From an uncultured Bacillota bacterium (GTDB lineage: Bacteria; Bacillota_I; Bacilli_A; RF39; UBA660), in the NCBI GenBank assembly GCA_946626905.1, contig CAMOVA010000002.1, positions 1 through 62,128 of the forward strand: 62,128 nt of DNA, in the 5' to 3' direction. Under the pieces are notes generated by a model that was given only the letters and a program-made list of their open reading frames with translations, was not told the origin of the DNA and did no database searches. Both the position numbers and the translations under genes were made by a program. This document shows, piece after piece, positions 10,099 through 20,162 of this stretch. Each line of letters opens with the position of its first letter. Within the stretch, counting starts at the first letter, position 1.

Positions 10099-10109
10099 TA
10101 CTCTTTTTT
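10080..10109 (+). terminator. Rho-independent terminator
   Basis: Stem AGAGTATTAA/TTAATACTCT followed by a T-run, overlapping the stop codon. Confidence 0.55.
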
Positions 10110-10131
10110 CATATACTTTAATGGTGATACT

Positions 10132-12039
10132 ATGTTCTATAAAAATATTCATATTAGAATGAAAGTAGTAGGAATAATAATAATTTTTTTATTTTTAATA
10201 ATAATATTTAAAGTATTTTATATACAAGTTATTAGTTATAAAAAATTAAATAAACTTGCTTTATCACTTTGGAATCGTAATTTACCAATAGAAGCATCTA
10301 GAGGAAAAATATATGATAATACAGGTGTAGTACTTGCTGATAACAAAACAACAGTTTCATTAGTTTTAGTACCTAATCAAATAAAAGATAAAAAGAAAGT
10401 TGCTTCATCATTAGCTGTTATTTTAAATACATCATATGAAGAAATGTATAAACATGTAAATAAAAGAACATCAATAGAAAGAGTTCATCCGATAGGAAGA
10501 AGATTATCTTTTGATGTTGCTGATAAAATAAGTAGATTGAAATTAGATGGAGTATATTTGGTTAAAGAATCAAAAAGATATTATCCGTATGACAAATTAT
10601 TATCACATTCTTTAGGATTTGTAGGAATAGATAATCAAGGATTGTCAGGACTAGAACTTACATATGATAAATACTTAACAGGAGCATATGGTTCAATTAA
10701 ATATATAAGTGATGCTAAAGGCAATAAATTAGAACTTACTGAGTCATATGAAAAACCACAGGATGGTATGAATATGACACTTACAGTTAATTATAAATTA
10801 CAAGAATCTTTAGAAAGAGAATTAGATAATGCAGTATTAAAATACAATCCAGATAGTGCTTTAGGTATAGCTATGAATCCAAAAACAGGAGAAATACTTG
10901 CTATTTCATCAAGGCCTAACTTTTCACCAAGTAAATATAAAAAATATACAATTGAAGAAATAAATAGAAACTTGCCTGTTTGGATGACATATGAACCAGG
11001 TTCAACATTTAAAATTATAACTTTATCAACCGCATTAGAAGAAAAACTAGTGGATTTAGAAAAAGAACATTTTCATGATAGCGGAAGTATTAGAGTAGAA
11101 AATGCTCGTATAAAATGTTGGAAACATGGTGGTCATGGTGATCAAACTTATTTACAAGTTGTAGAAAATTCTTGTAATCCAGGATTTGTTTCATTAGGTC
11201 AAAGAATAGGTAAAGAAAAACTATTTAAGTATATTAACAATTTTGGTTTTGGTAAAAAAACAGGTGTGGATTTAAATGGTGAAAGTACAGGAATACTTTT
11301 TGATTTAAATAGAGTAGGTCCTGTAGAACTTGCTACTACAGCATTTGGTCAAGGAGTTTCAGTAACACCAATACAACAAATAACAGCAGTTTCTGCTGCT
11401 ATAAATGGAGGTTATCTATTAAAACCATATATAGTTAAAAGCATTAATGAACCAGAAACAAATTCAGTGGTTTTACAAAATAAAAAACAGATAGTTAGAA
11501 AAGTTATTAGTAAAGAAACTAGTAGTAAGGTAAGAATGGCTCTTGAAAGTGTAGTGACTAATGGAACTGGTAGAACTGCTTTTATTGATGGATACCGTGT
11601 AGGTGGTAAAACAGGAACTGCTCAGAAAGTAAAAGATGGAAAATATATGGTAGGAAATTATATAGTATCGTTTATCGGTTTTTTGCCAGCAAATGATCCA
11701 GAAATAATAGTTTATATAGCAATCGATAATGCTAAAGGAATAACTCAATATGGAGGTACAGTAGCAGCACCCATCGCAAAAAGAATACTAAGTGACTCTA
11801 TAGATATATTAAATATAAAAAAACCAAAAGGAGCTAGTGAAAAAAAGTATAATTTTTTAGATAAAAAATATTATCAAATACCAGATGTAAAAGGAATGAG
11901 TTTAGAAGAAGCTATGAAAGCTTTAGAAAAATTTAAAGTAGAATATATAAAAGAAGGTGACAAAGTAACATATCAATCTCCAAAAAGTGGAGAACGTATT
12001 TTAGAAGGAGAAACTGTTAAACTTTTGTTAGGAGGTTAA
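10132..12039 (+). CDS. Class B penicillin-binding protein (PBP2B/SpoVD type) with C-terminal PASTA domain
   Basis: Transpeptidase motifs STFK, SCN (SxN) and KTGTA. A PASTA-like C-terminus (YQIPDVKGMSLEEAMKAL). Position upstream of mraY. Confidence 0.85.
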   Translation: MFYKNIHIRMKVVGIIIIFLFLIIIFKVFYIQVISYKKLNKLALSLWNRNLPIEASRGKIYDNTGVVLADNKTTVSLVLVPNQIKDKKKVASSLAVILNTSYEEMYKHVNKRTSIERVHPIGRRLSFDVADKISRLKLDGVYLVKESKRYYPYDKLLSHSLGFVGIDNQGLSGLELTYDKYLTGAYGSIKYISDAKGNKLELTESYEKPQDGMNMTLTVNYKLQESLERELDNAVLKYNPDSALGIAMNPKTGEILAISSRPNFSPSKYKKYTIEEINRNLPVWMTYEPGSTFKIITLSTALEEKLVDLEKEHFHDSGSIRVENARIKCWKHGGHGDQTYLQVVENSCNPGFVSLGQRIGKEKLFKYINNFGFGKKTGVDLNGESTGILFDLNRVGPVELATTAFGQGVSVTPIQQITAVSAAINGGYLLKPYIVKSINEPETNSVVLQNKKQIVRKVISKETSSKVRMALESVVTNGTGRTAFIDGYRVGGKTGTAQKVKDGKYMVGNYIVSFIGFLPANDPEIIVYIAIDNAKGITQYGGTVAAPIAKRILSDSIDILNIKKPKGASEKKYNFLDKKYYQIPDVKGMSLEEAMKALEKFKVEYIKEGDKVTYQSPKSGERILEGETVKLLLGG

Positions 12040-12040
12040 A

Positions 12041-13033
12041 ATGATATTAATAACTAAAGCATCACTAGTTTTTTTAATAGGATTTATTTTATCATTAGCG
12101 TTAGGTTTTTTAATTATTCCTGTATTTAGAAAAAAGAAAATAGATCAAAGATTAAATAAATATTTAGAAGAAGCTCATAAAAGAAAAAAAGACACTCCAA
12201 CTATGGGAGGATTAATATTTATATGTTCTACAATGATTTCAGTTGTAATATTATGTATATTAGATAAAATAAAATTAAATAATAATTTTATTATTATCTT
12301 ATTTGTTTTTGTATCATATGGATTAATAGGATTTATAGATGATTATTTAATTATTAAAAGAAATAATAATAAGGGTTTAAAAGAAAAAGAAAAACTCTTA
12401 TTACAAATAATTGTCGCTATATGTTTTTTCTATTTATTTTTAAAAGCAGACAACGAACCACTTATATGGCTTCATAGTATTAATTATAAAATAAATATAG
12501 GATGGTTTTATGGTCTATTTATTTTGTTTATGTTAGTTGCAAGTTCAAATGCGGTTAATTTAACTGATGGATTAGATGGGCTTGCAACAGGATTATCGAT
12601 ATTAGCATTTTCTACGTTTGGTATTATAACACTTCTTACAGGATGGTTAGAAGGTTATATTGAAATAGGATTATTTTGTTTTTTATTATCAGGTTCATTG
12701 TTAGGTTTTCTGTTTTTTAATGCAAGCCCAGCTAAAATATTTATGGGTGATACAGGATCATTATCTTTAGGAGCAACTTTAGGTACAATAGCTATTTTAT
12801 CAAGACATGAGTTTTTATTTATATTAATAGGTATAGTATTTGTTATTGAAACAATAAGTGTAATTATACAAAGAATATATTATAAATTTACTAAAAAAAG
12901 ATTTTTTCCAATGACACCAATTCATCATACTTTTGAAAAAAAGGGATTTACAGAAAATGAAATAGTAAAACTATTTTGGTCAGTAGGACTAATAGGATCA
13001 TTAATAGGTATTTATTATGGAGTGTGGATATGA
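12041..13033 (+). CDS. mraY: Phospho-N-acetylmuramoyl-pentapeptide transferase
   Basis: Polytopic membrane protein with NAVNLTDGLDGLA and a typical HHHFE-like motif (PIHHTFE). Confidence 0.9.
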   Translation: MILITKASLVFLIGFILSLALGFLIIPVFRKKKIDQRLNKYLEEAHKRKKDTPTMGGLIFICSTMISVVILCILDKIKLNNNFIIILFVFVSYGLIGFIDDYLIIKRNNNKGLKEKEKLLLQIIVAICFFYLFLKADNEPLIWLHSINYKINIGWFYGLFILFMLVASSNAVNLTDGLDGLATGLSILAFSTFGIITLLTGWLEGYIEIGLFCFLLSGSLLGFLFFNASPAKIFMGDTGSLSLGATLGTIAILSRHEFLFILIGIVFVIETISVIIQRIYYKFTKKRFFPMTPIHHTFEKKGFTENEIVKLFWSVGLIGSLIGIYYGVWI

Positions 13034-14112
13034 AAAATATTGATTTAAAATTATTTATAACAATTATTATATTGTCAGTATTTGGTGTAGTTATGGTATA
13101 TTCAGCATCATTTGTTTGGGCAGAATATAAATTTAATGATCCATTTAAATTTGTAAAAAACCAATTAGTATTTTTGATTATAGGAATATTTTTAATGATA
13201 ATGATAAGTAAAATAAATTATAAAATATATTATGAAAAAGCTAATATAATATTTTTTATTACAACTATCTTGTTAATACTTGTTTTAATTCCAGGAATAG
13301 GTACTATTAGAAATGGAAGTAGAAGTTGGTTTGGAATAGGATCATTTGGAATACAACCAAGTGAGGCAGTTAAACTAGCGTTAATAATATTTACTTCTAA
13401 ATACATAACTAATAATAGTAAGAATTTAAAAAGTTTTTCTAAAGGCCTTTTTCCTATTTTAGGTATAACATTTTTAGTGTTTGGTTTAATAATGCTTCAA
13501 CCAGATTTTGGTACGGGATTTATTATAATTGTAACTATTATAGGAATGTTATTTGTTAGTGGGGCAAATTTAAAATTCTTTTTATACTTGTTTTTGCTTG
13601 GGATTTTTGGAATAACTGGTTTAATCATAATAGCACCTTATAGATTAAAAAGAATATTATCATTTTTAAATCCATGGAGTGATCCACTTGGTAGTGGATT
13701 TCAAATAATTCAAAGTTTATATGCCATAGGTCCAGGTGGATTATTTGGTTATGGTTTTTTAAATTCTAGACAGAAGCATTTCTATTTACCAGAACCTCAA
13801 ACTGATTTCATCTTTTCCATAATAAGTGAAGAATTTGGTATTTTAGGAATAATTATAGTTTCTATATTATTTTTAATAATTATTTTAGAATCATTTAAAA
13901 TAGCTAGAAAAGTAAAAGAACCATTTGGTAAATATTTAACATTTGGAATATCTTTTGGTCTTGCTTTTCAAGCATTACTTAATTTAATGGTAGTAGTAGG
14001 ATTAGTACCAGTAACAGGAGTAACTTTACCATTTTTATCATATGGAGGATCATCACTTTTAATAACATTGTGTAGTATGGGAATTATTTTGAATGTTTCT
14101 AGATATAGATAA
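13030..14112 (+). CDS. ftsW: SEDS-family peptidoglycan polymerase (FtsW/SpoVE)
   Basis: ATG at 13030 overlaps the mraY stop (ATGA). SEDS motifs LQPDFGT and TGVTLPFLSYGGSS are present. Confidence 0.85.
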   Translation: MKNIDLKLFITIIILSVFGVVMVYSASFVWAEYKFNDPFKFVKNQLVFLIIGIFLMIMISKINYKIYYEKANIIFFITTILLILVLIPGIGTIRNGSRSWFGIGSFGIQPSEAVKLALIIFTSKYITNNSKNLKSFSKGLFPILGITFLVFGLIMLQPDFGTGFIIIVTIIGMLFVSGANLKFFLYLFLLGIFGITGLIIIAPYRLKRILSFLNPWSDPLGSGFQIIQSLYAIGPGGLFGYGFLNSRQKHFYLPEPQTDFIFSIISEEFGILGIIIVSILFLIIILESFKIARKVKEPFGKYLTFGISFGLAFQALLNLMVVVGLVPVTGVTLPFLSYGGSSLLITLCSMGIILNVSRYR

Positions 14113-14123
14113 TAAATTTTAAT

Positions 14124-14501
14124 ATGGATAATATTAATAATAAATTAAAAGAACTTAAAATAGAGGAGTTTATTTGGATAATGTATATTGGGATAATAGC
14201 TTTAAGTTTTTATTCCAATAGTTTAGAAAAAAAATACTTTTTATTTAAAGATATTTGCTCCAAAAAAAAATATAGAAAAACATTAATAATAATTTTTTCT
14301 ATATTAATTGTTGTATATTTATACTTTTTAAAAGATTCATATGATTCTTTAAAAGAACTAAAACCTACAGATTCTAATTCAAAACAAAAACTTACATATT
14401 TAGCTTTTATAGCTTCACTTTTAATAGCAATAAGTGGGTTTATATTTTTATATGTGGCATATAATGATCAAGATATAGATGTTGAATTAGCGTTTAATTA
14501 A
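14124..14501 (+). CDS. Small membrane protein, unknown function
   Basis: 125 aa with three hydrophobic helices. Confidence 0.4.
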   Translation: MDNINNKLKELKIEEFIWIMYIGIIALSFYSNSLEKKYFLFKDICSKKKYRKTLIIIFSILIVVYLYFLKDSYDSLKELKPTDSNSKQKLTYLAFIASLLIAISGFIFLYVAYNDQDIDVELAFN

Positions 14502-15846
14502 TATAATCAAGTACAATTTGTTTATCATTAAAAGGATATTTTTTGTTATTTATAATTTGATAATTTTCATGTCCTTTTCCAAGTATTAATATAACATTAT
14601 TGTCCATCATGTCTAATGCCTTTAATATAGCTTTTTTTCTATCTTCAATTATCTCAAAATTATTCTTTCTAAGATTTATTGTCATATCATTTAAAATGTC
14701 TTTAATTGATTCATTTCTAGGGTTGTCACTAGTAAATATTACATAATCACTATATTTAGAAGCAATACTTCCCATGATAGATCTTTTTTCTTTTTCTCTA
14801 TTTCCACCACAACCTATTATGGTTATAGTTTTTTTGTTATAACATTTTTTAGTTTCTGTAATTATTTTTTCTAAAGCATCAGGTGTATGTGCATAGTCAA
14901 TAATAATATAATTATTTTTATATAATATTGTTTCCATTCGTCCAGTAGGAGTATTTAGTTTATAGGAAACATCAATAATATCATTTAATTTGATTCCTAA
15001 AGAATAAAGCGCTGCGACTGCTTCTATATAATTATAAATATTATATAAAGCTTTAAAGTTAAGTGTAATTTGATATTCTTTATTTTTAAATTTAAATAAT
15101 AGCTTTGTTTTATTATCTACATATTCATATTTAATAATATTAAAATCATAATTATTAAAACCAACATTTATAGTATTTTTGAATTTAAAGTTTTCCGCAT
15201 ATTTATCATCATTATTAATAACTAGATAACCAGAATCTTTTAATAATTCAATTATTTTTAATTTAGAATTCAAATAAGAATTCATAGTCTTGTGAAAATC
15301 TAAATGATCTTCTGTTAGATTAGTAAATATCGCACAATCAAGTTTTATTCCATGTAGTCTATCTAGTTCTAATGCATGAGAACTTATTTCCATTACAATA
15401 TATTTGATATTTTTTTCTTTAGAAAGTTTTATAAGTTTATATAGTGTTAGAGTATCAGGAGTAGTATTATCTAATTCTTTATATAACTTTGAATTAATAT
15501 AAAAACCAATAGTTCCAATATATGCATTGTTAATTCCTAAATTAGTTAATATTTGTGATATTAAAAAGGTAGTAGTAGTTTTACCATTAGTTCCAGTTAC
15601 TCCAATAATTTTTAAGTCTTTAAATAAATCACTATAATTTTTTTTTAAGTATTCTTTTAAATATAAATTTGTATCAGGAACAATAATAGTAGGAATATCA
15701 TAATTACCTTTTTCACATATAACTTTAGATGCACCTCTTTTAATCGCATCAGTTATATAATTATGACCATCATGGTTATATCCTTTAATTGCGATAAAAG
15801 TATCGCCCTTATTAACTTCTTTAGAATTAGTTTTAATTCTATCCAT
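14494..15846 (-). CDS. murE: UDP-MurNAc-L-Ala-D-Glu:diamino-acid ligase MurE
   Basis: Mur ligase P-loop GVTGTNGKTTT, and SDNPRNE (the DNPR motif typical of meso-DAP-adding enzymes). Confidence 0.85.
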   Translation of the reverse strand: MDRIKTNSKEVNKGDTFIAIKGYNHDGHNYITDAIKRGASKVICEKGNYDIPTIIVPDTNLYLKEYLKKNYSDLFKDLKIIGVTGTNGKTTTTFLISQILTNLGINNAYIGTIGFYINSKLYKELDNTTPDTLTLYKLIKLSKEKNIKYIVMEISSHALELDRLHGIKLDCAIFTNLTEDHLDFHKTMNSYLNSKLKIIELLKDSGYLVINNDDKYAENFKFKNTINVGFNNYDFNIIKYEYVDNKTKLLFKFKNKEYQITLNFKALYNIYNYIEAVAALYSLGIKLNDIIDVSYKLNTPTGRMETILYKNNYIIIDYAHTPDALEKIITETKKCYNKKTITIIGCGGNREKEKRSIMGSIASKYSDYVIFTSDNPRNESIKDILNDMTINLRKNNFEIIEDRKKAILKALDMMDNNVILILGKGHENYQIINNKKYPFNDKQIVLDYIN

Positions 15847-15927
15847 AAAATCACCTAATTTATTATATGATTATAAAAAATATAATTGATTTACTACTAA
15901 TATGATATAATGAGTTTGGGTGATTTT

Positions 15928-17103
15928 ATGAAAATTGGTATTATAGGTGGAGGAATTAGTGGTGTAATATGCGCTATTAAAGCATCTATTAATAATGATG
16001 TAACAATATTAGAAGGTAATGATAAACTATTGAAAAAATTATTATTAACAGGAAATGGTAAATGTAATTATTTTAATGATGATCAAAATATAAATAATTA
16101 TCATTCAGAAGAATCATTAGAAGATATTATAACTAAAGACAATATAGAAAAAGTAAAATCTTTTTATGATGAAATAGGTATAATACCAAAAATAAAAAAT
16201 GGATACTATTATCCAACAAGTAATACTGCTAATAGTGTCAGAGAAGCCTTATTAAAAGAATTAGAAAATAATAATGTAAAAATAAAATATAATTATAAAG
16301 TAAATAAAATAGAAAAACAAAATGAAAGTTTTATTATTAATGATGAATTAGCTTTTGATAAATTAGTTATTAGTACAGGAAGTTGTGCATATCCTAAAAC
16401 TGGCAGTGATGGTTCGGGTTATAAGTTATTAGAAGATTTAAATTTAAAAATAGTAAAACCTCTTCCATCATTAACTCCATTAATAATAAAAGAAAAATTT
16501 AAATGGGCTGGAATTAGATGCGATGCTAAAATATCTTTATATGAAAATAATAATTATATAACTGAGCAACAAGGTGAATTACAATTAACAGATTATGGAG
16601 TAAGTGGAATTTGTATATTTAATTTAAGTTCTCTTGCTTCAAGAGGATTAGATAAAAATAAAGAAGAAGTAATAAAAATAAATTTTTTACCTTTTGTAGA
16701 TAATGTTAAAGAATTCTTGTTAGAAAGAAATTCTAAATTAAAAAATAGAAATATTTTAGAATTATTAGAAGGTGTATTAAATTATAAATTAGTAAATGTT
16801 TTGTTAGATAAAGCAGGAATAAAATCTGACTTATCATTAACACAATTAACAGATTTACAATTTAATAATCTAGTAGAAACATTATCTTCTTTATCACTTC
16901 AAGTAATTGATACTAAAAAATATGATTATTCACAAGTTTGTAGTGGAGGTTTATCATTAAGTGAAATAAATAAACAAACAATGGAAACAAAAATAAATGG
17001 TTTATATGTAATAGGAGAATTATTAGATATAGATGGATTATGTGGTGGATATAATATTACCGTTGCTACATTATCAGGTATACTAGCAGGAGAAAATGTA
17101 TGA
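15928..17103 (+). CDS. HI0933/BaiN-family NAD(P)/FAD-dependent oxidoreductase
   Basis: MKIGIIGGGISG dinucleotide fold, TGNGKCN motif and a C-terminal GGYN motif. The ATG at 15928 follows GGGTGA. Confidence 0.75.
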   Translation: MKIGIIGGGISGVICAIKASINNDVTILEGNDKLLKKLLLTGNGKCNYFNDDQNINNYHSEESLEDIITKDNIEKVKSFYDEIGIIPKIKNGYYYPTSNTANSVREALLKELENNNVKIKYNYKVNKIEKQNESFIINDELAFDKLVISTGSCAYPKTGSDGSGYKLLEDLNLKIVKPLPSLTPLIIKEKFKWAGIRCDAKISLYENNNYITEQQGELQLTDYGVSGICIFNLSSLASRGLDKNKEEVIKINFLPFVDNVKEFLLERNSKLKNRNILELLEGVLNYKLVNVLLDKAGIKSDLSLTQLTDLQFNNLVETLSSLSLQVIDTKKYDYSQVCSGGLSLSEINKQTMETKINGLYVIGELLDIDGLCGGYNITVATLSGILAGENV

Positions 17104-18665
17104 TAAAAGTAAGACAAATTAAAGTATCTTTTAAAGGCGAAAAATTAGAAGATAAAATTATACAAAAATTAAAAATAAAAGAATCAGAATTATTAAACTA
17201 TAAAATTATAAAAGAAAGCATAGATGCTAGAGATAAGAACAATTTATTTTATATTTATGAAGTTGATGCTACAGTTTCTAATGAAGAGAATATTTTAAGA
17301 AACAATAAATCAAATGATATATTAAAAAGTGAAAAAATAAATTATGAAATAAAAATAACTGGTGATAAAAAATTGGATAAAAGACCAATAATAATTGGAA
17401 GTGGACCAGCTGGTCTTTTTAGTGCTTATTATTTAGCTAAGCTAGGATATAAACCAATAATAATTGAAAGAGGGAAACCAGTAGAAGAACGTACAAGAGA
17501 TGTTGAAGAATTTTGGAAAAATAATAAATTAAATATAAATTCTAATGTACAATTTGGTGAAGGTGGAGCAGGAACATTTTCAGATGGTAAATTAAATACT
17601 CTAGTTAAAGATAAAATAGGTAGAAAAGATGAAGTATTAAAAATATTTGTTGAAAATGGTGCAGATGAATCAATTTTATATAAAAATAAGCCTCATATTG
17701 GCACAGATATTTTAGTAAAAATAGTAAAAAATATGCGTGATAAGATAATATTATGGGGTGGTACTTATATGTTTGATACTACCTTAACAGATATTAATGT
17801 TCAAAATGGGCAAATAAAAAGTATAGTTGTAAATGATAATGAAATAATTGAAACAGATATATTAATTTTAGCAATTGGACATTCTGCTCGTGATACTTTT
17901 AAAATGTTATTTAATAGAAAAATAAATATGTCATCTAAGCCATTTGCTTTAGGTATTAGAATTATGCATCCTCAAGAAATGATTAACATGAATCAGTATG
18001 GAACAAATGAACTAGGAAGTGCTGATTATAAACTAACATATAAAGCGTCAAATGGTAGAGGAGTTTATTCATTTTGTATGTGTCCAGGCGGATATGTAGT
18101 AAACGCTTCTAGTGAAAAAAACTTATTAGCAATCAATGGTATGAGTTATTCTAAACGTGATAGTGGTGTTGCTAATAGTGCTATTATTGTAACAGTTTCA
18201 CCACTTGATTATGGTGAAAAGCCATTAGATGGTATAGAATTTCAAAGAAAACTTGAAATGCAAACATATAATATAGGAAATGGTAATATACCAGTACAAT
18301 TATATAAGGATTATAAAGATAATAAAACATCTGATAAGTTTAATTTTGATCCACGTATAAAAGGTAACTATGAATTTGCTAATATAAATGATATTTTTCC
18401 AAATTATATTAATGAATCATTAAAAGAAGCAATAGAAAATTTTGATAAGAAGATTAAAGGATTTAATAGAGATGATGCTATAATAGCTGCTATTGAATCT
18501 CGTACTTCATCTCCTATTAGAATAGAAAGAGATGAAAACTTAGAGTCAAATATAAAAGGAATATATCCTATTGGAGAAGGTTCAGGATATGCTGGTGGAA
18601 TAACAACAAGTGCTATAGATGGATTAAAAGTAGTAGAAATAATAGCTTCTAACTATAAAAATTAA
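17100..18665 (+). CDS. FAD-dependent dehydrogenase (COG2509-like)
   Basis: IIIGSGPAGLFSAYYLA FAD fold. The ATGA overlap with the upstream gene suggests translational coupling. Confidence 0.7.
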   Translation: MIKVRQIKVSFKGEKLEDKIIQKLKIKESELLNYKIIKESIDARDKNNLFYIYEVDATVSNEENILRNNKSNDILKSEKINYEIKITGDKKLDKRPIIIGSGPAGLFSAYYLAKLGYKPIIIERGKPVEERTRDVEEFWKNNKLNINSNVQFGEGGAGTFSDGKLNTLVKDKIGRKDEVLKIFVENGADESILYKNKPHIGTDILVKIVKNMRDKIILWGGTYMFDTTLTDINVQNGQIKSIVVNDNEIIETDILILAIGHSARDTFKMLFNRKINMSSKPFALGIRIMHPQEMINMNQYGTNELGSADYKLTYKASNGRGVYSFCMCPGGYVVNASSEKNLLAINGMSYSKRDSGVANSAIIVTVSPLDYGEKPLDGIEFQRKLEMQTYNIGNGNIPVQLYKDYKDNKTSDKFNFDPRIKGNYEFANINDIFPNYINESLKEAIENFDKKIKGFNRDDAIIAAIESRTSSPIRIERDENLESNIKGIYPIGEGSGYAGGITTSAIDGLKVVEIIASNYKN

Positions 18666-18695
18666 CAAAAAAGACAACAATTTGTTGTTTTTTTT

Positions 18696-18780
18696 AAAGT
18701 TTTGTGATAAAATTAAATAGCTGATCCGATGAGATTACCTTATGATCACATAAAAAAACTAATAGAGAGGATACGTGATT
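18696..18780 (+). promoter_or_regulatory. rplS promoter (extended -10 TGATAAAAT, 18705-18713) and candidate L19-type leader
   Basis: Leader segment TTATGATCAC (18739-18748) can form a 10-bp helix (2 G-U pairs) with GTGATTATGA (18775-18784), which contains the rplS start codon. Confidence 0.3.
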
Positions 18781-19143
18781 ATGAATAAGAAGATTGAAGA
18801 AATAACAAAAAAACAAATAAGAACTGATCTTCCTGAATTCAGAGTAGGTGACACTGTAAGAGTAAACTACAAAATTAAAGAAGGAAATAAAGAAAGAATT
18901 CAAGCATTTGAAGGATTAGTAATGTCTATTCAAGGTGCTGGTATTTCTAAAAACTTTATTGTTAGAAAAAAATCACAAGGAATTGGTGTTGAAAGAACTT
19001 TCCCAATGAATACTCCATTAATTGAATCAATTGAAGTAATTAGAAAAGGTAAAGTTAGACAAGCAAAACTTGGATATATTAGATCTTTAATTAGTCAACC
19101 TAAAATCAAGGAAAGAAGAGACAAAGAAACAAAGGCAAACTAA
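18781..19143 (+). CDS. rplS: 50S ribosomal protein L19
   Basis: [28 protein letters not shown] matches the L19 N-terminus. Confidence 0.9.
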   Translation: MNKKIEEITKKQIRTDLPEFRVGDTVRVNYKIKEGNKERIQAFEGLVMSIQGAGISKNFIVRKKSQGIGVERTFPMNTPLIESIEVIRKGKVRQAKLGYIRSLISQPKIKERRDKETKAN

Positions 19144-19160
19144 TTGCCTTGTTTTTATTA
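19131..19160 (+). terminator. Hairpin and T-rich tract between rplS and lepB (terminator/attenuator)
   Basis: Stem AAGGCAA/TTGCCTT overlaps the rplS stop and is followed by GTTTTTATT. Confidence 0.4.
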
Positions 19161-19166
19161 ATAAAA

Positions 19167-19667
19167 ATGAAAAAATATATAAAAGAGTTAATACCATATT
19201 TAGTTATCATATTAACAGTAGTATTGATAAGAACATACATAGTAACACCAGTCCAAGTATCTGGCTCATCTATGTATCCAACTTTAAAAAATGGAGAAAT
19301 ACTTGTTTTGAAAAAATATGATACTGGATATAATAGATTTGATATAGTTGTGCTTAACTATAATGGAGATAAGCTAATTAAAAGAGTAATAGGGTTGCCT
19401 GGAGAAACAATTAAATATAAAAATAACAAATTATATATTAATGGAAAAAGAATAAAAGAAAACTTTACAAAAAATACTGATACAAGTGATTTTGATATGA
19501 GTGAATTATTTCAAGGTTCTTATAAAATACCTAAAGATAATTATTTTGTAATGGGTGATAATAGAAATAACTCTACAGATAGTAGAATTATAGGTAGTAT
19601 AAATAAAAAGAATATAAAAGGTAAAATAGTAAAATTCTCATTTAGAAAATTCAAAAATATAAAATAG
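19167..19667 (+). CDS. lepB: Signal peptidase I
   Basis: SGSSMYPTL (catalytic Ser), KRVIGLPGE (Lys box) and GDNRNNSTDSR. The start at ATG 19167 is uncertain because I see no clear RBS. Confidence 0.85.
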   Translation: MKKYIKELIPYLVIILTVVLIRTYIVTPVQVSGSSMYPTLKNGEILVLKKYDTGYNRFDIVVLNYNGDKLIKRVIGLPGETIKYKNNKLYINGKRIKENFTKNTDTSDFDMSELFQGSYKIPKDNYFVMGDNRNNSTDSRIIGSINKKNIKGKIVKFSFRKFKNIK

Positions 19668-19718
19668 TTGATATTTAAACAAAGTATGATATAATATTTA
19701 TCACGGTGGGGGATTAAT

Positions 19719-19940
19719 ATGAAGGTAAAAATAAGTGATTTAATAATCATACTATTATTTATAATGGGATTATCACTATCAATATTATTTGTTTACATAA
19801 ATAAACATGTATGTGCTGTAGTGACAATTATAATTACTTATATATTAATTATGATGAAAAAACCCACTAAAAAAGTAAAAGAAAAACAAGAAGAATTTAA
19901 TAGAGTAGAGTATTTAAGTAAACTTCTTGATAGAAAATAA
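19719..19940 (+). CDS. Small membrane protein, unknown function
   Basis: 73 aa with two hydrophobic helices and a basic tail. RBS GGTGGGGGA. Confidence 0.35.
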   Translation: MKVKISDLIIILLFIMGLSLSILFVYINKHVCAVVTIIITYILIMMKKPTKKVKEKQEEFNRVEYLSKLLDRK

Positions 19941-19949
19941 AATTAACTA

Positions 19950-19978
19950 TTGTCAAAACAGAACAAATTTGTTATAAT
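19950..19978 (+). promoter_or_regulatory. SigA-type promoter for tRNA-Met
   Basis: TTGTCA (19950-19955), 17-nt spacer, TATAAT (19973-19978), with an extended -10 TG at 19970-19971. Confidence 0.55.
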
Positions 19979-19995
19979 TAATTTGTTCTTCATAT

Positions 19996-20072
19996 GGCGA
20001 GATAGCTCAGCTGGCTAGAGCATCCGGTTCATACCCGGAAGGTCAAGAGTTCGAATCTCTTTCTCGCTACCA
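19996..20072 (+). tRNA. tRNA-Met (anticodon CAT), elongator-like, CCA encoded
   Basis: The cloverleaf folds by hand. Acceptor GGCGAGA/TCTCGCT, anticodon arm TCCGG-TTCATAC-CCGGA, T-arm AAGAG-TTCGAAT-CTCTT. A lysidine-modified tRNA-Ile2 cannot be excluded. Confidence 0.85.
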
Positions 20073-20080
20073 TAAGAAAT

Positions 20081-20106
20081 AAAACGATTCATTGAATCGT
20101 TTTTTT
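20081..20106 (+). terminator. Terminator after tRNA-Met (copy A of a 30-bp repeat)
   Basis: Stem AAAACGATT/AATCGTTTT followed by a T-run. Confidence 0.6.
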
Positions 20107-20162
20107 GTGCTTTTCTATTAAAAACAATTAAATTCGTGATAAAATGGTATATGGGTGGTGCT

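Noticed and set aside
12976-13029. N-terminal extension of the FtsW ORF in the track (MVSRTNRIINRYLLWSVD...).
   Set aside because: It lies entirely within the mraY coding region. The ATG at 13030 gives ATGA coupling and a normal SEDS N-terminus.
19961-19989. Inverted repeat GAACAAATT...AATTTGTTC around the tRNA-Met -10 element, considered as a LexA/Cheo box.
   Set aside because: The half-site spacing does not fit GAAC-N4-GTTC. An SOS-regulated tRNA has no rationale. It is more likely a chance AT-rich palindrome or a generic promoter-proximal structure.
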